DNA from: Octopus vulgaris
Taxonomy: Eukaryota
Assembly (NCBI GenBank): GCA_951406725.2
Contig: OX597816.1
Location: 102,672,001-102,736,000, forward strand
Length of the DNA: 64,000 bases
Reading direction: 5' to 3'
Made by a program: the position numbers and the translations under genes. The notes beneath the pieces were generated by a model. That model made no database searches and had not been told where the DNA came from. It was given only the letters and a program-made list of their open reading frames with translations. Every line of letters starts with the position of its first letter. The first letter of the stretch is position 1. Positions 42,701-57,469 of the stretch are shown here, piece by piece.

Positions 42701-42713
42701 TAAATCCTCATAC

Positions 42714-42768
<55 letters not shown>

Positions 42769-42903
42769 TACATACATACACAAAGATAAATCTACATACC
42801 TATATATATATATGTATAGGAATATAAATATATACATATATGTATGTATATATATACTCACACACAAGCACATACGTAAATCCTAATACACACACACACA
42901 CAT

Positions 42904-42938
<35 letters not shown>

Positions 42939-43211
42939 CATGTACATACTTGCTTCTATACATACGTACATACATACACACGTATATATGTGTGTGTACG
43001 TGCGTGTTTAAGTGTGTGTTTGTGCGTGTGTGCGTGAGTGTTGTGTAAATATATACATAGACAAATGAGTGTTGAGACTAATATAATTTTAGATATATCT
43101 ATATATATATACCTCTCTATATATACATGAATACATAGACGCATACCTTCATATGCGCATACTTATGTATATATTTATATGTATATATAATATTTATATC
43201 CATGTATGAAC

Positions 43212-43260
<49 letters not shown>

Positions 43261-43335
43261 TCTGTATGGATTTATACTGTGTGTGTGTGTGTGTGTGTGT
43301 GTGCGCGTATAAATATGTAGCGAAATATGTATGGG

Positions 43336-43403
<68 letters not shown>

Positions 43404-43490
43404 GTATCTATCTATATCTATATATTTATATACATGTAGGTATGCATAGATATGTTAACATATCGATGTTTACTGAATATTTAGAAGCAA

Positions 43491-43535
<45 letters not shown>

Positions 43536-43741
43536 GTGTGTGTGTGTATATGTATGTAAGTACATATGTATATACAATCACGATTAGATGTATAAACGCA
43601 TACGTGTTATGTACATAGCTATGTGATATATTTATATGTTACACCAGGTATAAATATATACATTTCACTCTATAATATTGATGCATATATTATATATCAA
43701 AACATGTTTATATATATGTGCTTTTATAACTTTGTTAAATG

Positions 43742-43822
<81 letters not shown>

Positions 43823-43831
43823 GTATAGATG

Positions 43832-43868
<37 letters not shown>

Positions 43869-43971
43869 GTGTGTATGTGTGTGCGTGCGCGCAAGCATGT
43901 GTGCTTATGTATGTATATATGTATGTATAGCATCCACTTGCAAATGCATGTATTCAAAAAGATACATTAAA

Positions 43972-44041
<70 letters not shown>

Positions 44042-44042
44042 G

Positions 44043-44167
<125 letters not shown>

Positions 44168-44385
44168 GTATGTATGTATATGAAAATGCATATATACCTC
44201 TCTACGTGCATATATGCACATACACATACATAAATATGTTTATATCTGTATGTGTGTTAGTGTGTGTCTGAGTTTGTGTCAATATGTGAGTGTATGAGGT
44301 TGTATCTCTGTAAACTTGTATAGATTGATATACGCAAGTATATCACACATACATTTATATATATATGTATATAGCATATACATAC

Positions 44386-44427
<42 letters not shown>

Positions 44428-44817
44428 GCTTCCAGAAACATATGCATACATACGTACACAGACATGTATGTATATGTATATGCAAGTATATATATATACA
44501 TACATACATATATATATATATATATGTACAAAAATATGTGTGTAGGTACATATATATACTTCAACTACATATCGATGTATATGTATGTGCGTGTGTGCAT
44601 GTATATGTTTAGAAGCTATGTATATTGAAAAGAAGTAGAAGGTTGCAATTGTATGTATGTGTATATGTATGACATACATATATCTGTAAGTATGCATGTA
44701 TGTATAATGCATATGCACGTGCAATATTAGTATTTATATACGCATATACATACAAATATATACATGTATATATACATATTTCTTTGTACACATACATATA
44801 CATATATATATACATGC

Positions 44818-44851
<34 letters not shown>

Positions 44852-44945
44852 GTATATACATATATATAAGCATATATGTACATTTCTCTCTCTCCCTCCA
44901 ACACTCACTCTCTATATATAGAGAGATAGATTGGTAAATAGATAG

Positions 44946-44997
<52 letters not shown>

Positions 44998-45128
44998 TGA
45001 TAGATAGATAGACAGACAGATATCCAAGTATATACATGTATATATTTATTTATATATATTTGGAGATTTTCATTAACATATAGTATATATATATGTATAT
45101 GTGTAATATGTATTTATAAATGCGTATA

Positions 45129-45165
<37 letters not shown>

Positions 45166-45660
45166 ATTTATACTTATATATATTTATATATATATATACT
45201 TATATATATATATATATTCATATATATATGTATTTATATACATTTGTATATATATTTATATGTAAAAACTTATATATATATTTATATATTTAAATGTATG
45301 TTTATTTATATATATTTATATTTATGTATTTATACATATATTTATATATTTATACATACACACACACGTATATATATATACACACATTTATATTTATATA
45401 TATGTATATATATACATATATATTTATATATAAATATATATACTTACCACACAGGCACTCCTGCGCCTACTTGAAATATATATATATATATATATATATA
45501 CATACATATATATATATGTGTGTGTGTATATATATATATATGTACATGTAGATAAAGGACATAGAAAAACAAGAATATCGATCGATAGATATATATGGAC
45601 AACTACATTCCAGTCTCTACATCTGTGTGTGTTTTGTATATATATATATATATATATATA

Positions 45661-45797
45661 CTTTATTTAAGAGCAGCAGAAAGTTAACAAAAGCTTTCGT
45701 TAAATTTCTGCTGCTTTTAAATGAAGCATATTACTCTACCTCTGGTATTTGAGTACTCTTTTTTGCACCTTGTTTCACATTTATGTCTTTACTCCGG
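45661..45797. repeat. Short dispersed element within (TA)n beginning with a 28-bp inverted repeat
   Basis: Arms at 45661-45688 and 45699-45726 (3 mismatches); one arm is also present alone at 9259-9289. Confidence 0.75.
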
Positions 45798-45830
<33 letters not shown>

Positions 45831-45866
45831 GGTATTATAGTATATTTATATATATATATATATTTA

Positions 45867-46060
<194 letters not shown>

Positions 46061-46062
46061 GA

Positions 46063-46093
<31 letters not shown>

Positions 46094-46167
46094 TACATTT
46101 ATATTGATCTGTACATTTGAAGGTAGAAATATATATGCATGTTTATGTGTATGCATATACATATACA

Positions 46168-46218
<51 letters not shown>

Positions 46219-46588
46219 GTGTGTGTGCGTGTGTGTATATATATATATATATATTGATATGTACATGCACGTGTTTTTACACTCGTGTGTCTTTGTCTGA
46301 TGTATTTGTGTATATGTATGTGTGCGTACCTGTATCATGTGGTTATATATATTTCAGGTATAAAATATACATACATATTTTCCGAAGTGGCAACTCACAG
46401 TTTCGAAATTCGTAAAGTTTTGGCAAGCATTATATATTTACATCGTTTATCTTCTTACATTATAGAAATGTATGTGTCTGATATATATATACATCATCTA
46501 ACTAGTATACATTTTCCCTCGTATTTTTCTATATACGTGTTTCTCTTCCAGATAGTAGACCAATGGGAGTCACGCCAGTGAAGATTAA

Positions 46589-46931
46589 CCGCAAATCTCT
46601 GGCGAATATATGTTTTGCGATCATTCACTGATCGTCTATTATGGATGAGCACTTTTAGTTACCCACCGAAGGAAATAATTACATGATCGATTAAGGCATG
46701 GTATCTGACACCACTTTGAAATGAAGTGGTTGGTGGATGTTTCTGCTGAAAAGCTCTAAATCTGTTCCAATGAATTTTGAAAATTATGAAAAAATTAGTA
46801 AAATAATTGTTCCCGCATTAATACAAACTAATATAAGATTATTATCGGAGATTTTAATTTACATCGCTTTTAAACCATAAAATTGGTAAAATAGAATCAT
46901 GGCAGTGTCGGGCGGGACGGTATGTTAAGGG
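46589..46931. mobile_element. Possible degraded piggyBac-type non-autonomous element
   Basis: ttaacc at the left (46585) and aagggttag at the right (46927-46935); termini degenerate. Confidence 0.3.
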
Positions 46932-46950
46932 TTAGCACATTCTCTGGTAA

Positions 46951-47690
46951 CTATTGATATATGATCGGTAACTCGATCTTGTTGAGAATATACGCGTCGT
47001 ATGAATGCCTCACCTGTTCTGATCTTGTGAAGGGGCTGTTCATGAAATTGTTCTTGTGTCCAACTTGTAGGAGAGGTATTGCATATTTGCACAACCAAGC
47101 AAATGTAAGGAAATTTGTTTCGTCATTCATGAAAAGCGCCATGTTATTTCATCAGATTTTAAGATTTCTTGCGTAGACGTTTCCCGGTTTTCGCAATTAC
47201 GTAAAGTTATTCCCAAACAATCGTAATCTTATAAGGACGAAGATTTCAGACAAGGTGCAGTTATCCTTTGCACATAACAATGTGAAACGCCGAGTGTATA
47301 CTTTGATGTAGGAAAATTGGCGATAAATGCTTTCTAAAGTCTACCTGATGCAATGAATACCATTTCGCATAGATGTTACGACTCGCTTTTCAATGATGAC
47401 TCGGTCATCATTGATGTATGTAATAGACAGAAGTTTTCTATCTGTTACATTATCCTAAGAACAGTTTTCCATGATAGTCCACAGTGAAATACAAGCAGAG
47501 ATTTCGAAGCGTTTGAGTTGCCGAATCACCGGTTCATAAAAAGAAAAAAAAAAATCAACGTTTCGATCACAAAAACACGATATCGTGTAGTCCACCGTTT
47601 TCATATGAAATGAAATGGCGTCATGTGTACTGCTCAACACAACCAAGCACGTGACTTCTCTCACCGTTATTCAAATTACCGCCATTTTAT
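46951..47690 (-). mobile_element. Decayed Tc1/mariner transposase of the DD37D/maT (DUF4817 N-terminus) type
   Basis: Minus-strand motifs in order: R-V-F-V-I-E-T...T-G-D-S-A-T-Q-T-L-R (HTH), LFMNDETNF (cf. F.SDEAHF), LGCANMQY..Y..W....FHEQPLH (cf. G.VNKQN.RYW...HE.PLH), SQQDRVTDH (cf. FQQDGATAH). Frameshifts and an internal deletion. Confidence 0.75.
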
Positions 47691-48043
47691 ATAACAGTTT
47701 TCCTATACATATATACATATATACATAAATACATGCATACATATGTATAAACATTCATAATACAAATATATAATACAAATGTTTATATATAATATATTAA
47801 TACAAGCATACACACACACACACACAATTATATATATATATATATATATATACAAATATACACACACACATATATACATATAAGTATATTTATATCATAA
47901 ATATGCATATATAATAGTATAACATGCATATGTGTATATTTATATACACTTATATATATCTGAGTAGACAGAAATGAATTATATATCATTCTATGTGAAC
48001 TTATATGTTTATTTACAATAAGTACATACACACATACAAATAC

Positions 48044-48112
<69 letters not shown>

Positions 48113-48307
48113 CATATATATATACATACACATATATATATACATACACATGTATATATACATACATATATATATATATACATACATATATATATACATA
48201 CACATGTATATATACATACATATATATATACATACATATATATATACATACATATATATATATATATATATACATACATACATACATACATATATATATA
48301 TATATAC

Positions 48308-48361
<54 letters not shown>

Positions 48362-48429
48362 ACTGCTATTTCTAAATTCGGTGTGTTGGTGAGGCAATTC
48401 GTTGCTAAACCCTTAATTACTTAGTATTA

Positions 48430-48495
<66 letters not shown>

Positions 48496-49383
48496 AACAC
48501 ACACACAAGCACGATCACATCAATATAAATACTCTATTGATCTGTGACATTAGCAAACAGAAGGCTGTTATGTACATATCAATCATATTTATATATGCAT
48601 CTATATTTACAAATATACACACACACATATCTTCATGCATGTATGTGTATATATGTGCGTTTGTGTTTTTGTGTGTATATATGTATGTATATTTATGTAT
48701 GTATATATGTATGTATCTATCTATCTATCTATATGTAAGTATATATACATACTTATATATACATACATATATATATTGATATATCTATATACATTAAAGT
48801 ATACACATACATATACACATACTGACGAACCATCCTCATACACATCGTTACACATACACATCATATATATATGTATACATACATATGCACACATACATAT
48901 ATATATATATATATATAAATGTATGCACAACATACACACGCATACATGTTTGATACATCCATCATATATACATGTGTATGTGTGAGCAGCTTTTTATGTT
49001 TGTGTATTTGTGTATGTGTTTTTTTTTTTTAATATTACAGTAATTCTAATATCCATGTGTTTGTTCCCAAAATAATAGACATACCAGGCAATGTGCTATG
49101 TGGTCATACAAATGAATAAATGCATATAACGAACCTGATCTTAATATAATCTTAGGACTTAGGACTGAGAAAAACTGGAATAAAAAAGTACATGCACAAG
49201 ATGTCGGCTATTTCAATTATATAGTTTTAAGTTTCAAATTTTCAGAATTGAAAGCAACCCATACACAGAATATACATGTAAACACACACATGTGTATATA
49301 TACACACACACACATATATGTGTATATTTATATGCATATATATATATATATATATGACTGATATACATACATACCTACATACA

Positions 49384-49459
<76 letters not shown>

Positions 49460-50005
49460 CATATATATATATTTATGCTATTACGTTTAATTGCGCGCTC
49501 GTATACCTGTGTATACATATGAATTCATACACACTCACACACACATATATATATACACACATAACTCCCTACAGACATATATATGTGTGTGCGCGTGTGT
49601 GTGTATGTGTGTGTATTTATGTATACATGCCTAATATATCACTACACACACATGCACACACACACAGTATGCACATACATGCACACATAACCTGTCTCAT
49701 TAGATTTACGTATTTTATTTTCTCTTTAACTCCTACTCACACTTAAAACCTTTATCATATACTCACATTCAAACTGCCATTCACTCATATACCCATACAC
49801 ACATTCACACGCAACTATACATTCATGCAAACATTCATACACCTACCTAACCATGGCTACAATCATTCTTACAAGCGACTTCCATTTGTGTTTCTCTCAC
49901 GTCTTATTCTTTTTCTCTGCCTCTCTCTTTCTTATTCTATCGTTTTGTTTATCTGCCTATCATGAGCTTTCACTCAACTTATGCTCACATACTTCTTATT
50001 TTATA

Positions 50006-50220
50006 CGAAGGGTTGCTGAAAAGTGCCTGGCTATGGATAAACGAAAATACAGGAGGATCATATGATTTTATTTAACATATTCCCCTCTCAGATTCACACA
50101 ACTATTGCAGTGGACTTCCAGTTTTTTTTTTTAAGCCTGTAAAAGCACTCGGAAGGTTGGGCTTCCTATCAGGCCTTTCGCGAGCTCCTTAAAGGCAGGA
50201 ACTTTTCAGTACCTCCTCCA
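50006..50220. mobile_element. Mariner-type MITE, about 215 bp
   Basis: TA + cgaagggttgctgaaaagtgcctggct ... aggcaggaacttttcagtacctcctc: imperfect ~27-bp TIRs. Confidence 0.7.
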
Positions 50221-50261
50221 ATGCAACCTTCTTTTCTGACCCATAGTTTCTCTGTCTAAAG

Positions 50262-50387
50262 CAGTCATGGGTGAACTGCAACCCGCCGGGCTCTCTGAGT
50301 TACCTTGAAATTTATTAGTTGTGCAGCCCACCTTACGACGTACCATGTCTCAAGTGGCCCGCTTCTCGAAAAAGATGTCCATGTCTG
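50262..50387. mobile_element. Degraded hAT-type MITE
   Basis: Termini cagtcatgggtgaact / gatgtccatgtctg with subterminal gcccgc/ggccc motifs typical of hAT MITEs; no intact 8-bp TSD. Confidence 0.5.
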
Positions 50388-50551
50388 CTCAACTGTCTCC
50401 TTACTGTATATATTTTCTGATATATTTTCATGTTATATAAGCAATCATGCACACACAAACACTTATCCCTCTCTCTCTCACTTTCACTCTCTCTCAACTT
50501 TCTCTCTGTCTGTATCTCTCTCTCTCTCAGACACACACACATATATATATG

Positions 50552-50775
50552 TCTTTACTACTCACAAGGGGCTAAACACAGAGGGGACAAACAAGGACAG
50601 ACAAACGGATTAAATCGATTACATCGACCCCAGTGCGTAACTGGTACTTAATTTATCGACCCTGAAAAGATGAAAGGCAAAGTCGACCTCGGCGGAATTT
50701 GAACCCAGAACGTAACGGCAGACGAAATACGGCTACGCATTTCGCCCGGCCTGCTAACGTTTCTGCCAGCTCGCC
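50552..50775 (-). mobile_element. Family A SINE (tail i) with a probable 17-bp TSD in a microsatellite
   Basis: Full head-core-tail; acacacacatatatata at 50533-50549 and 50776-50792. Confidence 0.9.
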
Positions 50776-50975
50776 ACACACACATATATATAAATATAGC
50801 TTTACACGCGTGTACGCACATAGACACATATACAAAGAAATCTTGGCCTACATCCATGAGCGCTCGCTTCATTACCTCTAAACGTAGATATACATTCGAT
50901 ACACACATACACACGACTGTCAGAGTATGTTATTTATACATGTGTACATACATAATAACATACTTACATACGTAC

Positions 50976-51031
<56 letters not shown>

Positions 51032-51036
<5 letters not shown>

Positions 51037-51125
51037 ATCCTTCTTTCCTTCTTTCCTGAGCGTCCAATAATACTATATTTGTTCCAAGTCCTCGCGTTGT
51101 GTTTTTTGTGCTTTCTTGTTTGGAT

Positions 51126-51129
<4 letters not shown>
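51032..51129 (+). mobile_element. Downstream (post-cleavage) half of the hammerhead element family, inserted in (TA)n
   Basis: aaaccatccttctttccttctttcctgagcgtccaataatactatatttgttcc...ttgtttggattaac matches the reverse complement of 12312-12414. Confidence 0.85.
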
Positions 51130-51202
<73 letters not shown>

Positions 51203-51296
51203 AGGTATATGTATATATACATATAGAGAAAAGGTGGCTATATATATATTTATGCTTGTGTATGTACACGTATGTGTGTATCTATGCATGCATAAG

Positions 51297-51328
<32 letters not shown>

Positions 51329-52140
51329 TCTATCTATCTATATATTTATACACACAAACGTACATATACATATATTACATATATGTGAGTGTGTGTGTGT
51401 GTGTGTATGCTATGTATTTGTATATTTTTATACATTCTTATAAGTATATATTAATACACGTTCTGTACACAACTTAAGCACAGAAAAATCACATCATTTT
51501 AAACACTCAGTCATAAACGATATACCTCTCGCCCATCCCCGCCCAACACACACAGCCATGGATTAATGCCACTAGTGAAAATTTCAACGGATGCGAGTGG
51601 AATTTTTCTTTTCGTTCGGTTGAAGGAAGGAAGTCGTGTGACATGTTAATCTCCGTCTTCGTTTTTTTTCACACTTGTGGTTTTTACATATGGCGAATAG
51701 CTGGAACTCTTCGGTTCTCACGCATACTCACATGTGTAAAGTAAGAAGCAGTGATGATTTCATGTTAATGCTCAAGTTTTGTAATCTGACGAGAAAGGGA
51801 CCGTATTCGATTTGATTGATCTATTCCATGGTTTGACCTAGCGCTGATCTATTATTATCGACTACATTACCGGATAAAAAAAAAATTTATAGTGGAAACG
51901 GTTTAATAAAGAAACATCACTAATTTGATGAATGGCTGGATCCTCTTTCTATTAAATTACTACTTATTCATGAAGTCGAATAAAATTGATACTTTTAATT
52001 TTGCCGATTCCACCTACAGAAGGTTGTATAACCTCGTTGATGTTCACATCCAGAACGTAAAAAAAAACCCCCAGAAACTTAATTTAATATCGCAAAGAGA
52101 TTTTGCTTACTGCTCTGATAATTCCCTTTAATAATAATAT

Positions 52141-52790
52141 TCTTTTCTACTCTAAGCACAAGGCCCGAAATTTTTGAGGAGGGGGCCAATCAATTAGATC
52201 GAGCCCAGTACGCTGCTGGTACTTAATTTACCGACCCTGAAAGGGTGAAAGGCAAAGTCGACCTCGGCGGAATTTGAACTGAGAACGTAAAGACAGACGA
52301 AATACCGCTAGGCATTTTGTTCGGCGTCCTAACGTTTCTTATTTCTTTATTGCCCACAGGGGGCTAAACATAGAGGGGACAAACAAGGACAGACAAAGGG
52401 ATTAAGTCGATTATATCGAACCCAGTGCGTAACTGGTACTTATTTAATCGACACAGAAAGGATGAAAGGCAAAGTCGACCTCGGCGGAATTTGAACTCAG
52501 AACGTAACAGCTACGCATTTCGCCCGGCGTGCTAACGTTTCTGCCAGCTTGCCGCTTTTTTAATAATAATAACATTACTGGCACAAAGTTAACATTTTTG
52601 GAAGGGAAAGGGTTGGACGCTAGCTTTGACACTTGTATTTGACTGGTACTTTATCTTATCGACCCCCAGAAGGATGAAAGGGGAAAATTATAACGACAGG
52701 AACCGTTCTCAGAACGTAATGAGATGCATCTAAACACCGCAGCAGGATATTGCCCGCCGTTCTACCAGTTCTCTGCCATCTGATATTATT
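52141..52790 (-). mobile_element. Cluster of three family A SINEs; tail-i copy at 52340-52557
   Basis: Same-orientation cores; followed by (AAT)n. Confidence 0.88.
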
Positions 52791-52793
52791 AGC

Positions 52794-52833
<40 letters not shown>

Positions 52834-52864
52834 GTTTCTAACAAAGGCACAATGATAATAATAG

Positions 52865-53080
<216 letters not shown>

Positions 53081-53947
53081 GAAGGTGGGTGTGTGTGTGA
53101 GAGAGAGAGAGAGAGAGACAAAGACACAGAGAGTGAGAAGAAGCTGAACAAACCCATGCATATTTCTCTGGTTAAGGTACCCGGTAACATGTATATATTT
53201 ATATACATATATATCTTTTTATATTACGTTGGTTTGGTCGTTTTGTTGCAGTTGCTTCCTTTTCCGTTTTTTGTTGTTGTTTGTTTTTAATTTTAGTTGG
53301 TTGTGGTGGTAGAAAAATTTGTAATGGTTTTGTATCTCAAGCAAAGTCATAAGAAATTTAATTACATTTTCACATCCATTTTGACATACATAAGTAATTA
53401 TCTCTATATATATATACATATATATAATGCATACAAACATAAATGTGTGTGTGTGTCTATGGTGTTGTTTACCTGCATTCAAATGAAATTTTAAAAAAAT
53501 TAAATACTACATTGATGTTGATATAAATAATATGAATTAAAAAAATAAATAAGGTAATAATTTATAATGATAGCAATGAAAAAGAAGAAAGAAGAAAACA
53601 GGTACTTTGTTAAAAAGAGTTGCATGTAAGCTATTATAAAGCTTATGCTTACGGTAATGTTTGTGGTCGGGTTTCAGATACTGAATGAGAGAGAGAGAGA
53701 GATAGTGAGAGTGAGTAAAACAATGAAATGAACACTAAGAGGTAAGAGTGAGTGAAACATAGATACGGAAAAAGGAGTAGAAAGAAACAAAGATAAAAGG
53801 AGAGGAGAGGAGAGAGAGAGACCTGGAGTAGGAGAGAAAGAAGAAGAGGGAGGAGGAGGAAGAGGAGAGGGAGGAAGAGAGAGTTACTATTTGGTAATGT
53901 TTGGAGTGGGAGTCACTCAGAGCAATTGTGTAATTAAGAGTGTGTAT

Positions 53948-54018
<71 letters not shown>

Positions 54019-54266
54019 CATACACGTATATATATATGTGTATGAGAAGGAAAGGAGTGTAGTCGAAGTCAACTATATATAGATTCACATAATACCTCAC
54101 CATAAAATATACTCTCTCTCTCTCTCGCTCTCACGCGCTCTTTCACACACACATAAATTATGCACATTATATGTAATATGCATATATGTGTGTATGTATG
54201 TATACGTATATATGTGTGTGTATATACATACATACATACATACATACATACATAATATATATATAC

Positions 54267-54377
<111 letters not shown>

Positions 54378-54830
54378 GAAAGACGCGGAGAGTTGTGGGG
54401 TGAGTGGGCGATGTAAAATATTTCTTTTAAATCGAGAAAAGTGAGAGGGGTAGAGAGAGAAAGAAACAGAAGAGAGAACAGTGAGAGTCGGAAATGCTGT
54501 AATGAGGAAGGAGGAGGAATGTGTGAGCTGGAGTGAAGCGAGTAGCAAGCGAGAGCATGATGGCGGATAAGAATGCGTCTATGTGTGTATGTATGTGTGT
54601 GCGGGAGAGAGAGAGAGGTGGGTGGGAGGAGAAAGGTGGGGGTATTGGAGGTGTGGGTGGAGAAAGGTAGTGAGGAATGAGAGAGGGTTGGTAAAAAGAG
54701 TAGCAGCGCTGACTGTGAAATGAAGGAAGAGGCACGAAGGAGTAAGAACATAAAACAAAACGGTGGAGGAGAATTAGAGAGGTGTCGAGAAAATAAACTG
54801 AGACATTAAATAGAAGGGAGAGAGAGAGAA

Positions 54831-54862
<32 letters not shown>

Positions 54863-54884
54863 GATTAGAGGTATATTTATAGAT

Positions 54885-54919
<35 letters not shown>

Positions 54920-54996
54920 CACACAAACACACATATGCATATATATATATATATACACACAAACACACATATGCATATATACATATATATATATAT

Positions 54997-55051
<55 letters not shown>

Positions 55052-57469
55052 TACATATGCATATATATATATATATGCACACATATAATTACAAATATAG
55101 ACATATATATATATATATATACATACATGCACACATATAATTACAAATATAGCGAGGTATATAATACAATGTATATTCATTAAGAGGGATAAGAAGATGT
55201 GAATACCTGTGTTCATTAGTGTGTGTATGTGTATGTGGTGAATGTGTGTGTTTAGTATTACACAAACTCCCCATATTTCTTCAATGGCTAAAGAGGACGC
55301 TACTCCCTTACAACAACGACGATCACCACCACCACCACTCTCACCACCACCTCCACTACTACTACTAAGAGCGTCACCCTCCACCTTCACTCCCACTATC
55401 ACCATTACACCACCTCCTTCCACCACTATTCATACTACTGCCACTAATACCACCACCATTAGCGCTCCTCTTAATCCCCCCACCCTACTACCACCAATGG
55501 CAGTAATACCCCATTGCTGCCGACACCACCATCAAATGAATTAAACATAATTTAAGCATTATTATATTTCACCCTTACTCAAATGTATACTTCACTTTTC
55601 TCTCTCACCTCTTTGCCTTTCACCTCTCTTGTTACCACACTCCCTTTCTAGGTTTCTCTATCTCTCTATTTCTAATTTCATTCTCACTCGCTTTCTGTCA
55701 GTCTTATCTCTCTCTCTCCCCCTCTCTTTCCACCTCTCTCCCCCTTCTCTCACCAATCAGTTTTTGTTTTCTTTCTCTCACTCTATTTGACTTTTATATT
55801 ATCCTTGTCTTTCCTCCCTCTCATCTTTTCTCGATCCTGAACGATCCATTTCCTCTTTTCTCTCCCTCATTCTCAGTCTGTCTCTCTACTCCACTTCCTC
55901 GACGCTTCACCACCACTCTTATTCCTCCTCCTCGTCCTCTTTATTTGATTTAATTCTTTTCTTGCTTTCCTCATTCTTTCTTCTACTCTTTCATGTACTC
56001 TCTATTTCACTTTTAGTCACTCTCAATTTTTACTCACTCCCTTTCTTAATCTTCCACGTCCTGCCTATTTAACACTTTCATTCAAGCCCTCAATCTCTCT
56101 GTCTATCTTCCTTGCTCCTTTTTTACCGCCTCCTTCTCTCCTTCTGCTTACATCATATTACACTATCTTTCTCTAATTGAGTAAGAGGTGGTTGGGGTGA
56201 TCGTCTGCCAATTGTGGACATAATAATGTCGTCTGCTATTGACTCACTATCGATTGCAGACGACACACTTTTGCGGACACAAGCATACATGTGTGTATAC
56301 AAGCTTACTCATGCACACATATCTGCTTATAAACGCACATACATATCAGTGTACACGTGCATTTGAACGCACAAACCGACACACGCATAGAACAGGGGAC
56401 GTGAGATGGAAATTAGAGTTGGGTCGAAATATTAAAGAAAGCGGAGATATCAGATGTGTGTGTATATCCGTGTGTATGTGTGCATGCGTGTATGTATATT
56501 GTATGTATGTGCATGTGTTGCAAGTGCATGTGTGTGTGAGAGAGAGGGGGAGCGAGAGGGAGAGGGAGAGGGGCAATTGGACAGTGTACATAATCTAGAG
56601 GAAAGAGAATGAATAGAGCGGGAAAATAGGGAAAAAGTAGAAACGAAGTTAAAGAACTACAGCAGTGATGGCAGCAAGGGGAAGGTGGAGATAGTGCAGT
56701 TATGAGTGAAGTAATGGTGGTAGTGGAGGGGGTAACCGATAGATGCAATGAAACATAGTGAGAGGCGAGTAGGAAGTGCAGTGTGAGGAAGAGGACAAGG
56801 TAGTGGAGGGAGGGGAGAAGATGGAATATAAAAGGGGGAAAATGGAAAAGAAGGTGGGAAGACATGGAGACAGAGCAGATATAAGAGGAAGAAAGGCGGA
56901 ATGGAAATGGGAAAAGAGAAAAAGAATGCAATGGACGATAGAAGTTGTTTGAAGTATGTGACGACATGGTGTTAGGGGTAATAGCATCACAGTGTAACCT
57001 AGTCTGTTTCTATGCAGTTGCTCGAACCATTTCATAACATCCCACTAACACCTAACTCTCCCTTTCCTTTTCCTTATAGAATCTACTCCATGAGATATAT
57101 GAAATTATGCCAGTGGGTTGGAAACACTGGGCTGTGTTTAATTTGGTCCCTCTACGTTTTTTTTACTTCAATATTCCTGTAGGAACTAACTTCTGTCATT
57201 CTGAAGTCAATAAAGTACTAGTTATGTATTGGGGTCGTTTCAATTACCTTCTTTCGTTTTGTTTTGTTTTTTTTTCAAGTTGTAATGCACATCGATCCGT
57301 AATTGGTCGGTTTGAGTCGAATATCAATCATTCTTTTATATGAAAATTCGTTACTAACTAACCTCTTCGGTTAACCCTTTTTTGAATTTCTTAGTGAAAG
57401 TGGTTGTGAGTAGTTCGTACGAAACTTATCACAGATGACGCAAACTAGCAGATTCCGTGAGAGATATTT

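Noticed and set aside
55075-55152. 26-bp direct repeat atgcacacatataattacaaatatag flanking a TA run
   Set aside because: Best explained by slippage duplication within a microsatellite, not a TSD of an element.
55242-55544. Pro/Thr-rich mucin-like ORF
   Set aside because: Degenerate (CCA)/(CTA) repeat with no supporting exon boundaries.
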